Positions 1 to 9,812 of a DNA stretch of 64,000 nt are shown here, in pieces; the stretch's first letter is position 1, and the number at the start of each line of letters is the position of its first letter. Position numbers and translations under genes: made by a program. The DNA comes from an uncultured Chloroflexia bacterium (GTDB taxonomy: Bacteria; Chloroflexota; Anaerolineae; CG2-30-64-16): the NCBI GenBank assembly GCA_963774265.1, contig CAVZDU010000005.1, positions 1-64,000 of the forward strand. The letters run 5' to 3'. The notes below the pieces were generated by a model, which saw only the letters and a program-made list of their open reading frames with translations, was not told the origin of the DNA and ran no database searches.

Positions 1-575
1 GGGGGCTGGTTCTTTTGGCACTGGGCGCCCTGCTCCTGCTGGGCAATCTCGATATTATTTATTTTTCCTGGCACCGCTTCTGGCATACGTTCTGGCCGAT
101 TGTGCTGATCGTGATTGGCCTTTATATTATCTGGCATCACTATGCCGGGCCGGATAAATCGTCCTTCATATCGATAAACTGCGGCGGCGACCAATTGAAA
201 CAGGACGGCAACCGCTTCGCCCGCTCTTCGGTGACATTCAACTCGACGGCAAAGATATGGAGATCGACGGCCTTTCCGCCTCGGTCACGTTCGGCGACAC
301 CAATCTCAACTTGAGCGGCGGGAAATTGAAACCGGGGATAAATACGATTGGCGTCTCCTCGACCTTTGGTGATATCACGGTCATTGTGCCCAATAATGTC
401 GAGGTTATGATCAATGCCGCGACCACCTTTGGCGATATCAATGCTCTGGGTTGGGACAGCGAGCGGTATCTCGAATCGGGTCGTGCAGAAGACCGACGGT
501 ACGACGCCGCTTCGACCAAACTCTGATATCGCCGCCACCACGACATTCGGCGATGTGAAAATTTTCCGGGCTTGA
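1..575 (+). CDS. LiaF-like cell-envelope stress membrane protein (LiaI/LiaF-type TM region + DUF2154-like C-terminal domain), 5' partial, frameshifted
   Basis: ORF 15..314 has LLLLGNLDII...FWPIVLIVIGLYII; ORF 257..526 has repeated S/T-x-TFGD beta-solenoid motifs; a third frame continues ATTTFGDVKIFRA* to TGA at 575. Confidence 0.75.
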
Positions 576-593
576 TCGCCTGACATAATTTAT

Positions 594-620
594 GGCGGAA
601 CTCTGCGGTTCCGCCTTCCC
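594..620 (+). terminator. Hairpin, probable terminator
   Basis: GGCGGAAC-tctgcg-GTTCCGCC followed by a pyrimidine run just after the LiaF-like gene. Confidence 0.5.
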
Positions 621-771
621 CTCCTAACCTTCTTGCCTCACAACGAATGTAAAAAGGATTGTAAGAATATTCACTGATGATTGCCAACACATTAGTGAAT
701 TTGACGGGAGTCTGATGAAGTATCAATGGCCAGAAGCTTTAATCATTAACAACATTTACCGGGGTAAGGTT

Positions 772-1856
772 ATGAAATCAAAAATAACGGCGTTAATCGG
801 CATCATTTTCTAAGCGCGGCCCTGCCGTTATTCGCGACCATCTGCGGTGACGCCAACAATAATGGGGCAGTCAATATTCTGGATGTCTCGTATATAATCA
901 ATTTTCTATATAAGAGCGGCCCGGCCCCGGTACCCACGTAAAGCCGCCGATGTTAACAACAGCAATGCCGTCAACATCCTCGATGTTCTTATCTGATTAA
1001 TTCTCTTTACAAAAGGGGGCGAATCCCCTTACCGCTCTGTCTATCTGGGGCAGGTTCCCCCGGATTCGGTGCCACAGATCTTCGCTCCGGCATTTATCTC
1101 CACCGCCGATATGGAATTTACCGCCTCCTTTGATCCCACATTGCAGGAATTCTATTTCACCCGAAGAGGAAGCGACAACATAAACAAAATCTATTTTACG
1201 AAAATTCAGGATGGCTCCTGGACTGCCCCGGCTATCGCCCCTTTCTGTGGTTCTGTACATGAACATGGAGCCCCTTATTACCCCTGACGGACAGAAACTT
1301 CTCTTTGGCAGCGACCGGCCTTGTTCCGGCTGCGGTATAGCCAACTGGTATGTCACCAGATTCGGGTCGGACTGGTCGGAACCGCAGACCCAGGGGTCCT
1401 GTTGAATAGCGTCTTAATGATGTATTTCTACCCAGAGTTTCAACGGAATATATATTTCACCAATATTTTAGTTTTTCCCCCCGGCATTTATGTCTCGCAG
1501 CTATTTGAAGAAATTGTACCTAACACCGGTGAAACTGGGGACAGCCATTAACAAAGGATACAACGAGGCTCATCCGTGACATTGCTCCCGATGAAAGTTT
1601 TATGATATTCGATGCCCAAAACAGACCGGGCGGCTACGGTGGCTCCGATCTTTATATCAGTTATCATAATGAGGACGGTTCCTGGAACTGAGTCGGTGAA
1701 TCTCGGAAATCTTATCAATACTATCGGCGAAGAATTCTCGCCCCGACGGTATCGCCGGGACGGCCTTTATTTCTTCTTATGCCCGGCCCAATGGCGCGAA
1801 GCATGGTATTACTGGTGCAGTAACCGCTTTCATTGTAGACTGCGCCCCCCTCTTTG
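772..1856 (+). CDS. Secreted protein: N-terminal dockerin-type duplicated EF-hand module + WD40-like (PD40/TolB-type) beta-propeller, multiply frameshifted
   Basis: Signal peptide MKSKITALIGII; CGDANNNGAVNILDVSYIINFLYKSGPAP and ADVNNSNAVNILDV repeats; then YLGQVPP..PQIFAPAFIS, EFYFTRR, PLITPDGQKLLFGSDRP, NLGNLINT. Confidence 0.7.
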
Positions 1857-1894
1857 AAAAAAACCAAAAGCCTCGATAGTGACCGGTAGGCGGC

Positions 1895-2021
1895 GTAGGT
1901 CCGAACCCCTGAGTCCCGATTCATCGGGACGTGGTTCGGACTTTGCCAATCGCGATCGGCAGCAGCGTAGGTCAAGACCCCGATTGGGGTGGATGGGTAC
2001 AGGGCAGGGGGCGGTCTTGAC
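1895..2021. repeat. Two GTAG-type REP-like hairpins downstream of the RAYT fragment
   Basis: GTAG-GTCCGAACC...GGTTCGGAC (1895-1941, inner GTCCCGAT-tc-ATCGGGAC) and GTAG-GTCAAGACC...GGTCTTGAC (1967-2021). Confidence 0.65.
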
Positions 2022-2025
2022 TTCT

Positions 2026-2258
2026 TTATTCTCCACATTCCCCGGTAAATTTGGGTACTTTGGTCGCTCCCCATTCTTCTGAGTAAAATCCATTTTAATA
2101 TAATCCCTGAACGAGGAATATTCATATTCGGACGGGCGGGCTGCCATTTTATGCTTCACAGGATTGAAATGAATGTAATCGATATGACGATTCATGTCCG
2201 TTTCGTCCCGGATGATATGATCCCAAAAGGGTAATTGCCACAAGCGCCCTTCTCGCAT
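2026..2258 (-). pseudogene. REP-associated tyrosine transposase (RAYT/Y1_Tnp), C-terminal fragment only
   Basis: LWQLPFWDHIIRDETDMNRHIDYIHFNPVKH...YEYSSF; the HUH-containing N-terminal half is absent; probable true end GECGE* at 2026. Confidence 0.75.
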
Positions 2259-2299
2259 TTGACGCGAGTCCTGTCCCCACGAGAGAAGAGATGTGTGTT

Positions 2300-2640
2300 C
2301 CGTCAGGTCCTAAATTCCGACCAACGGTCGGGATGATGACCTGACGGTAAAAGAAGGCGTTAGTCGTCGTGAGGGCAGTAACCCCAGACGAAGTCTTGCG
2401 GTTCTGCCAAACCAGTAACTCACCCAACGTGTGGGCTTGTTGCATATCGCCTGATCTAACCCGATTATCATCCCTTCGTCCCGAACACCCAGGTGCCTGC
2501 TAAGTGCAACATATAGCATCATGAATTTAAAGGCAAGGGGAAAATGATACACGGAGACATTCGGAGCGCGGCGGCGGGTCACGCTTCCGCCTTCGGCGGA
2601 ATCTGAAACTCGGTAACCCATCCCCTTGGGGTGGGCGTTT
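2300..2640. repeat. Cluster of palindromic REP-like elements
   Basis: CCGTCAGGTC...GACCTGACGG (2300-2347, inner CCGACC-aac-GGTCGG); GGCAG-TAACC...GGTT-CTGCC; TTCCGCC-ttc-GGCGGAA; CCCATCCCCTTGGGGTGGG. Confidence 0.5.
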
Positions 2641-2728
2641 GGTCTGTACTCCTGATGTACATTTTTCCTACCAATTTGATGTTGTTTGGTGCATACGGCT
2701 CCTTTAGTAGAAAGGAGAAACAATATCT

Positions 2729-2983
2729 ATGCCTTGTTCCGAACGTCAACTTATCGCCAACCGGCTCAACGCCCAAAAATCGACCGGCCCCAAAACCTTT
2801 GCGGGCAAGTTTCGCTCCAGCTGTATTCTCAAGCATGGTCGTTACTCGTGCTTTGATGTTACCTCTGTTATTCCGTTGCTTCCCGCACGTTACCAATCCC
2901 GCCTGATATCATTACTGGTCAGGGGTTGCGCTCCGGCAAAATTGAAAGAAAATTCCTCGAGCAGGCCGTTATCAAAATTTTAG
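2729..2983 (+). CDS. Small hypothetical protein of the 'ANRxNAQKSTGPKT..GK..S...LKHG' family, probably truncated
   Basis: AAGGAG RBS upstream; recognisable conserved N-terminal motif. Confidence 0.55.
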   Translation: MPCSERQLIANRLNAQKSTGPKTFAGKFRSSCILKHGRYSCFDVTSVIPLLPARYQSRLISLLVRGCAPAKLKENSSSRPLSKF

Positions 2984-3381
2984 AAAGGGCCTTATGATCG
3001 CCCCCTGCCTGAAAACCAGAGCGAACCCGAATTTTCGCTTTTTCCGCCATTTTCCCCAACTTGCTTTAGTACAGTCTGTTACCGTGAAAATTCGCGCCTT
3101 TTACTGAGAGGAAATTTTTTCTAAAAAGGAACCCAACTTCCTCTATCCCGTTGCCGTTCATCATATTCGAAAATTGCTATTTGGGTTCGCTCTCTCGGCG
3201 GAAATTCAACCGACTGTCTTTCAACATCTTGCAATCCTGCGGGAGGCAGAACGATGTATGAGAGGGACGGCAGACTGAAAGTCTGCCGCGTACAATACCG
3301 GCGGGCGGATAGGATATCTGGCACGCTCGAAAAGATGTCGGAACCACGGGGATTCCAACCTACCCGGACTCAAGGGCCTGC

Positions 3382-3666
3382 TCAGAAGGATTTGGTTTCG
3401 ACCGCTTCGACTATTTGCGCTTTGGGATTCATTATGGCTTTCCCCTCGACTTGCCGCCAGACCCCGCGCAAGGCGCCGAGCAGGGATTCGGCTTGATCGG
3501 CTGAATCCAACTCAAGATCAACTATGACATATTTGGGATTGTCAACGGGCCGCATAATATGGTAGCGGCGCACCCCGGATTTTTGACGGCCCACGGGGTC
3601 GTTGTCGAAAGCCCTTTTCCAGCTGTCAAAGTCCATTACCGCATGCTCAATTCTCAGGATGAACAT
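3382..3666 (-). CDS. Small alpha/beta hypothetical protein (cyclase/ABM-like)
   Basis: LRIEHAVMDFDSWKRAFDNDPVGRQKSGVRRY motif; GGAGG RBS. Confidence 0.75.
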   Translation of the reverse strand: MFILRIEHAVMDFDSWKRAFDNDPVGRQKSGVRRYHIMRPVDNPKYVIVDLELDSADQAESLLGALRGVWRQVEGKAIMNPKAQIVEAVETKSF

Positions 3667-3861
3667 TTTGCCTCCAGCAGTTTAAAGAATATCCACTTTT
3701 GGTTTTGCAGAAATACGTATTCGTGATGATTCATGTGGGTCGTTTTCTTCGCCCTATTATTCTCCAGAAGGTATCGGGCCCACAATCGGGAGGGCGCACG
3801 GAATGAAATTTTATTGCGGCGGGAAGAGAATCGTATATATTGAGGATGGCCCGTCCGGACT

Positions 3862-3892
3862 GAAAAAAACAGGGGCCCCGCAAGGGGCCCCG
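3862..3892 (-). terminator. Rho-independent terminator of the ArsR/small-peptide unit
   Basis: Minus strand GGGGCCCC-ttgc-GGGGCCCC followed by TGTTTTTTT. Confidence 0.7.
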
Positions 3893-3916
3893 TGGTGCTG
3901 AAGTCGGATGGGCCTT

Positions 3917-3988
3917 TTATTGTCCTGCCCGGGACCTTCGGGCGCCGCCGCAACAATGAGCCACGCGGGGAGTACCGAACCGTTTCAT
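3917..3988 (-). CDS. Putative 23-aa Cys-containing peptide MKRFGTPRVAHCCGGARRSRAGQ
   Basis: Strong RBS AAAGGAGG just upstream; lies between arsR and a terminator; below the ORF-track cutoff. Confidence 0.5.
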   Translation of the reverse strand: MKRFGTPRVAHCCGGARRSRAGQ

Positions 3989-4060
3989 TTTAACCTCCTT
4001 TCTTTGGTTTTTTTTGTATCTACGGGTCCGGGCCCCTGCCGGAGCCCGGATACCTTGTTC

Positions 4061-4415
4061 TTATTCCGCTGAGGCACAGGCTGCCACGTATCCGTCAGCC
4101 GTCACGGTTATGCAACAACAGGGGAAACAGGCCACGAGATCGGTGCAGACCAGCCGGAGATTGTCGGCGTTGAGTTCATAGGCGACATGCTGTCCCTGCC
4201 GCCGCCGTCGGACCAGCCCGGCGGCAGTCAATGTCTGCAAATGCCGGGTGATGGTCGGCTGGGACAGGTTGAAAAACGAGACGATTTCCCCCACCGTCCG
4301 CGGCCGGGATTCCAGCATCAGGAGAATCTTGAGCCGGGTGGTGTCGGCCATGGCCCGGAAGGCCGGTCCAGCCGGGGATTGCGGTCGTTTCCTGATCTTT
4401 CTTTTTCATAGCCAT
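4061..4415 (-). CDS. ArsR/SmtB family transcriptional regulator with Cys-rich C-terminus, frameshift near the N-terminus
   Basis: AMADTTRLKIL...RTVGEIVSFFNLSQPTITRHLQTLTAAGLV wHTH; ends CFPCCC. Confidence 0.85.
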
Positions 4416-4463
4416 ATGTACATATACGTATATATGCATAAATTGGTTCCAATGATTTGTCAA
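4415..4463 (-). promoter_or_regulatory. Promoter and inverted-repeat operator of arsR
   Basis: 26-bp imperfect palindrome TATGTACATATAC|GTATATATGCATA (4415-4440) abutting the start codon; TTGACA at 4463-4458. Confidence 0.6.
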
Positions 4464-4626
4464 GATATTTCGAATCTTTTTTTCGGGAAAGCTAAAAAAA
4501 ACCGCCCGCTCCGCGATTAGGCCCGGGTCTTCGCGTGACCGGCGGGGGATTGGGCCCGTAAATCCGCCCTTGTAAATTCCGGCAAAATTGATTATTCTAT
4601 TTTCAACCTTTGATTGGAGGAGCAAG

Positions 4627-6796
4627 ATGTTCAGGTCCCTGAGAGTATGTTCTCATCGTTCCAGCCTTATTATTCATTTTTGCCTCTCCCCTTCTCGCCG
4701 ATGAGGGGATGTGGATGCTGGGGGATATCGATAAATTACCGTTCGATTCGCTCAAGATGATGGGGTGTCAACTGAGCGCCGAGGAGATTTACAATCCGGC
4801 CGGCGGAGGAATCGCGGACGCCGCGGTCAGTGTCAGCGGCAGCAGCGGGTCATTTATTTCGCCCGATGGACTGATTATAACCAACCACCATGTCGCCTTC
4901 AGCGGCCATTCAGCGGGCCAGCAGCCCGAACATAATTATCTGGAGAACGGATTTTACGCCAAGACCAAAGCCGACGAAATTCCGGCGATCGGGTATGATA
5001 TCCGGGTGGTCAAAGGGTTTTGAGGATGTACCAAAGAAGTTCTGGCATCGGTCAATGACAAAATGACCGGCCGGCAGAGACATGATGCGATCGAGAAAGT
5101 GACCAAGAAAATCATCGCCCGGGCCGAAAAAGGGAGGGATGTCAAGTGCAGTGTGGCGTCCTATTACAGCGGCTCCAAATATGTCCTGGTCACTTATTTC
5201 AAAATCCGGGATGTGCGGATTGTTTTTGCTCCTCCGCGCGCTATCGGCGATTACGGCGGCGAAACCGACAACTGGATGTGGCCCCGTCACGCCGGGGATT
5301 TTACGGTCCTTCGGGCGTATGTCGCTCCCGACGGCAAAGCGGCCGATTATTCCCCGCAGAATGTACCATACAAGACAAAGGCGTTATTTCAAGGTATCTT
5401 CGGCCGGGGTTAAGGAAAATGATTTTACGATGGTTATCGGTTTTCCGGGCCAAACCAACCGCTACATGAATACCAGTTTTCTCGATGACATGGTCAATTT
5501 CGATTATCCGCGCGATATCAGCACGCGGCTGGATGTAATCGCCATTCTGGAGGCCGAAGCGGCCAAAGATTCGGCGGATGCCATCAAGTTATCATCCGGC
5601 ATTAAAGGGCTGTATAATTACCTGAAGAAAAATCGCGGGATGATTGGATGGATTCAAGAAAACCAATTTGCTTCACAGTAAAATTAATGAAGAGAAGCGA
5701 TCTGATGGAATTTGTCAATTCCAAGCCGAATCTGAAAGCCAAATACGGGACGGTGCTGGCCACGATCGACAGTCTTTACCAGACCCATAAGACCTGGCGC
5801 GAGAAAGAGGACATTCAGGGATGGATGGGGTGTCGGGTCAGTTATCTGCAGGTTCGGATCGACTCGTCTATAAATGGGCGATCGAAAGAGAAAAGAAAGA
5901 TATGGATCGCGAACAGGGGTATCAGAATCGCGATACGCTCGATGAAATCGAGTCGCTTCGGGATGCCCAGACCAATCTGGTTCCGCCCGCGGATAAAGAA
6001 GTCTTTGTCTATTTCCTGAAACAGGCGCTGGCGCTTCCGCAGGGTCAGAAAATCGCAGCGGTTGAAAAAGTGCTGGCGGGCAAGAATGACGCCGCCATCA
6101 AGGCTTTCGCGGATAGTCTATACAGCAATACGCAATTGGGTACCGTCGAAGGACGGTTGAAAGCGTTCCATATGACCAAAGCGGAACTGGATAAATCAAA
6201 TGATGCCTTTATGGGATTTGCTCGTTCTTTCGAGGCTGACCGGGAAGAGATCCGCAATAAGGAAAAAGAGTATACGGCGATGGACCAATAAGCTGCAGGC
6301 AAAATTAATCGCCGCTCTGGAGATATGGAAGAACGGTCGGTTTTATCCCGACGCCAACGGCACTATTCGTTTCAATTACGGGACGGTCAAGGGATATAAA
6401 CCGCGGGATGCCGTCGGATACGACTGGGTGACAACATTCGCCGGGGTATTGGAAAAGAATTCGGGAGTTGATCCGTTCGATGCACCGAAGGAACTGGTGC
6501 AGGCGTACCAGAAAAAAGATTACGGCAATCATTTGGTTAATTCCATCGGAGATGTGCCGGTCGATTTCCTGACGACCAATGATATCACCAACGGCAATTC
6601 GGGCAGCCCGGTGCTGAACGGCAAAGGAGAATTGGTGGGACTGGCGTTTGACGGCAATTATGAAGCGATGACATCGGATTATCTCTTCGATCCGGCAATC
6701 ACGCGAACTATTGCGGTCGATATCAGGTATGTCTTATTCCTGCTCGACAAGGTATATCACGCCGATACGGTTCTGAAAGAAATGACCATTCAGTAA
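4627..6796 (+). CDS. S46 family dipeptidyl peptidase (DPP7-like), frameshifted into several ORFs
   Basis: DEGMWML, TNHHVA (His), NWMWPRHAGDF (Asp), TNDITNGNSGSP (Ser), GLAFDGNYE. Confidence 0.9.
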
Positions 6797-6815
6797 TTTC
6801 AAGTATGGAAATAAG

Positions 6816-6850
6816 AAAGCCGTCCCACATAGGCGGGACGGCTTTTTTTG
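6816..6850. terminator. Bidirectional terminator between convergent genes
   Basis: AAAGCCGTCCC-acataggc-GGGACGGCTTTTTTT. Confidence 0.8.
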
Positions 6851-6866
6851 ATTCGAATGAAGCAGA

Positions 6867-9540
6867 TTATTTGAGCAGTACCATCTTTTTGAGCATGACT
6901 CTGTCGCCGGCATTTAATCTGTAGAAATAAATGCCGCTGGCGACCGAATGGCCGGTCTGATTGGTACCGTCCCAGATCTTCAGCATACACTGCCCGCGGT
7001 GTATAGTCGCCCTGCGCCAGAGTCTTTACTTTCTGACCCAGAATATTATATATGCTCAGGTCAACCCGTGGATTGCACCGGCAGGGCGAAATCAATCCGG
7101 GTGGAAGTATTGAATGGATTAGGACTGTTCTGTGACAGGTTGAAGTCTTTCGGTACCGCCGAGACCCGGGTATTGTCACTGAGTCCGCTGGAGCGTAGGA
7201 GAAGTCGTGGGAGGCGGCAGTATCGTTTTCTCCACCAAAAGCGTGCTCCAGGTATCCGGCGAAAAATAGCCGGGCATATCGGGAGCCGTGAAGGTCCAGG
7301 AGCCGTCACAGAGATAGATATGATATTGGCCGGTGATACTGTCGATGGTAATGGAAGTGGTGTGATATCCATCGGGACAGGTATCGGGCTACGCGTTTAC
7401 ATGCAGGCTGTTGGAGGTAAGCGGAAGCGATACGCCGATTAGGTGACCGGATACATGAACATCTATTTGATTAAGGAACAGGCCCAGTCCGCCGGCGGTA
7501 TCTCCGGTAATATGGAGACTATAGGCGGTGGGAGTGGCAAGATAATTGTTGTAATAGGCGTTCATATTAAACAGGCCGGAATCGACATAGATATCATAAG
7601 ACACCGTTAACATCGGGATGACCGGTGAAAAAACCGCCCGGGCCGGACAAGGTAATATTGACATTGGTCATGATAACGGCCGGGTCGCCGGCGTCGACTT
7701 TCACGGTATCGTGCACCAGAAACATCGGTTGATACTCAAAATTGATGACCAGAGAAGTATCGCTTTCGATTACGGTAGCGCCCTGGCTGGTGGGAGTGTG
7801 GGCATTGGATATGGTGGGAGGATAAAACATCCAATCACCGTCGCAGACATACATGCTGTAAGTTCCGGTGGCGGGATCAACCTGAGTGCTGTATGTATAC
7901 TGATTGGGGGAAACACCCGATTGTGCATTAACCCATAAGCCGCTGTCGAGCGGCAGAGAAACGCCGCTAATTTGACCGGTCACATGACAAACGGAATAAT
8001 TCATCGTAAATCCCATACCGCCGACGGTATCACCGGTAACGTGGACGGTATAGCTTTGAGGGAGAACGCAATAGCGATTAGCGTTGACATTCAGACTATA
8101 TGTACCGGTGTCGGCATAGATTGAGAAAACGCCGTTGTTGTCCGGATTGACCCCGAAAAACTTGCCTGGCGACCAGAGACTTACCCAAACTTGACTCCAG
8201 TTCACACCGGGATCGGGCAGAGCGACTTTAATCGTATCCTGAACCAGGACTCCCATAATCAGATTGATGGTGGCGGTATCGCCGGGAGCGACATTCTGAA
8301 CCTCGCCCCCTTGCAGGATATATCCGGGCCGGGATAGGATAGCGGTCATCCCAGGTTTGCAGCATCAAATTATACGAATTATCGAGCGAAGAGACATGCA
8401 GAGCCAGGATATTATCCGCTCCGGTTCCCGGAAACACCATCGGTATAATTATAAAGGGTCGTGGAATAGGCCTGAATCCGATATTGATGGGCAGGTTCCC
8501 CGCCGGATTCGGTGACGCGGACATAAAGAACGGTATCGGCGGTGTAAGCGGTGAAATTATGTTCCACGCCATGATTGACGGAATTGTCATAGGTAAAATT
8601 CTGCGGCACCATGTAGGCGGGAATCAATAAATCACTGCTCACGCCGACATTCCACATGCCGAGTTCGGCGTCTCCGAAATAAATGACATAATGGCCGTCG
8701 GTGCTGTTATAATCTTTGGACTCGCCGCCGCCCTGCGGTTCGGCATAGAATCCGGCGTTATCGATGCTATTATCACCTTCATCGACAAGGTATCCATAAA
8801 CCGAATCGGCCGGAGCCTGATATTCGAAATCAATATTGTCAATTTGACCCGAAGCATAAAGATACTGGGGAGCCGGGGTCACAAAATCCGGGAGCACTTC
8901 GGCCGAAATCCGGAAAGGCATGCCGGTTCCGGAGTCGCCGATATTCAAAGAATAATAGCCGCTGTCATCGGTCAGGGCGCTCCACATCTGCATCCCCATA
9001 CTGTCGGACTCGGCCACTATCCAGATATTCTTCAAAAGTTCATCGGGAGCCGGATGACCGACGATGGTAATTGTAACCGGTGAATTTATTGGGGGCGGGC
9101 GGCATTTCGGAGATTGACAGCCAGTTTTCGGCGCTGGAAAAATCGCTGAAGTCGGTGGCCCGCATGATGTAATAGCCCGGCGTAAATCCCAAAAGAAGCG
9201 GAGAAACAATTATTTTGCCATCGGGGATACTGTCGCTATCGGAAGGGCCGTTATAGCCGCTGATATCGCCGTCGATGATATAAAAGCTAAACAGAAGTTT
9301 ATCGCCCGGATCATCAATGGTCTGACTGGAATCCACATCGAGATAAATCTCCCAGCCGGTTGTGGCACCGACCTCGCAGTTACCGGTCCAGCCGATATAA
9401 TCGCCCTGGATGGCGCTGTTCGTGGTCGTATCGCCATTGATGGAAAAATAAATGGTGTCGGTGACGGCATATCCCGGGACATTTGCGACAAGCGCGAAGG
9501 CCAACAGGAATAAAATGCCGGTCCATTTGCAGTGTTTCAT
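6867..9540 (-). CDS. Large secreted beta-rich protein with repeated carboxypeptidase-regulatory-like units and a C-terminal FlgD-Ig/T9SS-type-A-like sorting domain, frameshifted
   Basis: Signal peptide MKHCKWTGILFLLAFALVA; C-terminal VPKDFNLSQNSPNPFN..., SIYNILGQKVKTL, KKMVLLK*. Confidence 0.75.
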
Positions 9541-9789
9541 AAAAAAATCCTCAATGAAATATGGTTATAGATCGTGAAAATTGTCGATGGTGGAAATTTG
9601 CCCCTATTAATGAATCCATTCATGCCTCTTCTCTTTCCGGACAGCTTGTTGTCAAATGATATCCGTAGACTTTTATATCGGACTAATTTTCTAAACTTTT
9701 ACTAATTTTGGGGATATGAGCCAAGATAGCCTGGCAATTACTCTGACTTGACAGAGCGTAAAAAGAAACGGCGCCCTTTTCCGGCCCAT

Positions 9790-9812
9790 CGATATTCCAC
9801 TACAGGGCGGCA
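9790..9812. other. Probable contig junction/chimera between two organisms
   Basis: Abrupt rise in GC and change of codon usage; the TPR gene begins mid-repeat (HYRAALALSRELGD) with no start context. Confidence 0.75.

Noticed and set aside
2260-2560. Group II intron interrupting the RAYT
   Set aside because: No domain V/VI or GUGCG boundary seen; the hairpins are REP-like
1-9540. Mass pseudogenisation or programmed frameshifting of genes such as the S46 peptidase
   Set aside because: Scattered single-base indels hit every gene while catalytic motifs stay intact; typical of unpolished long-read error
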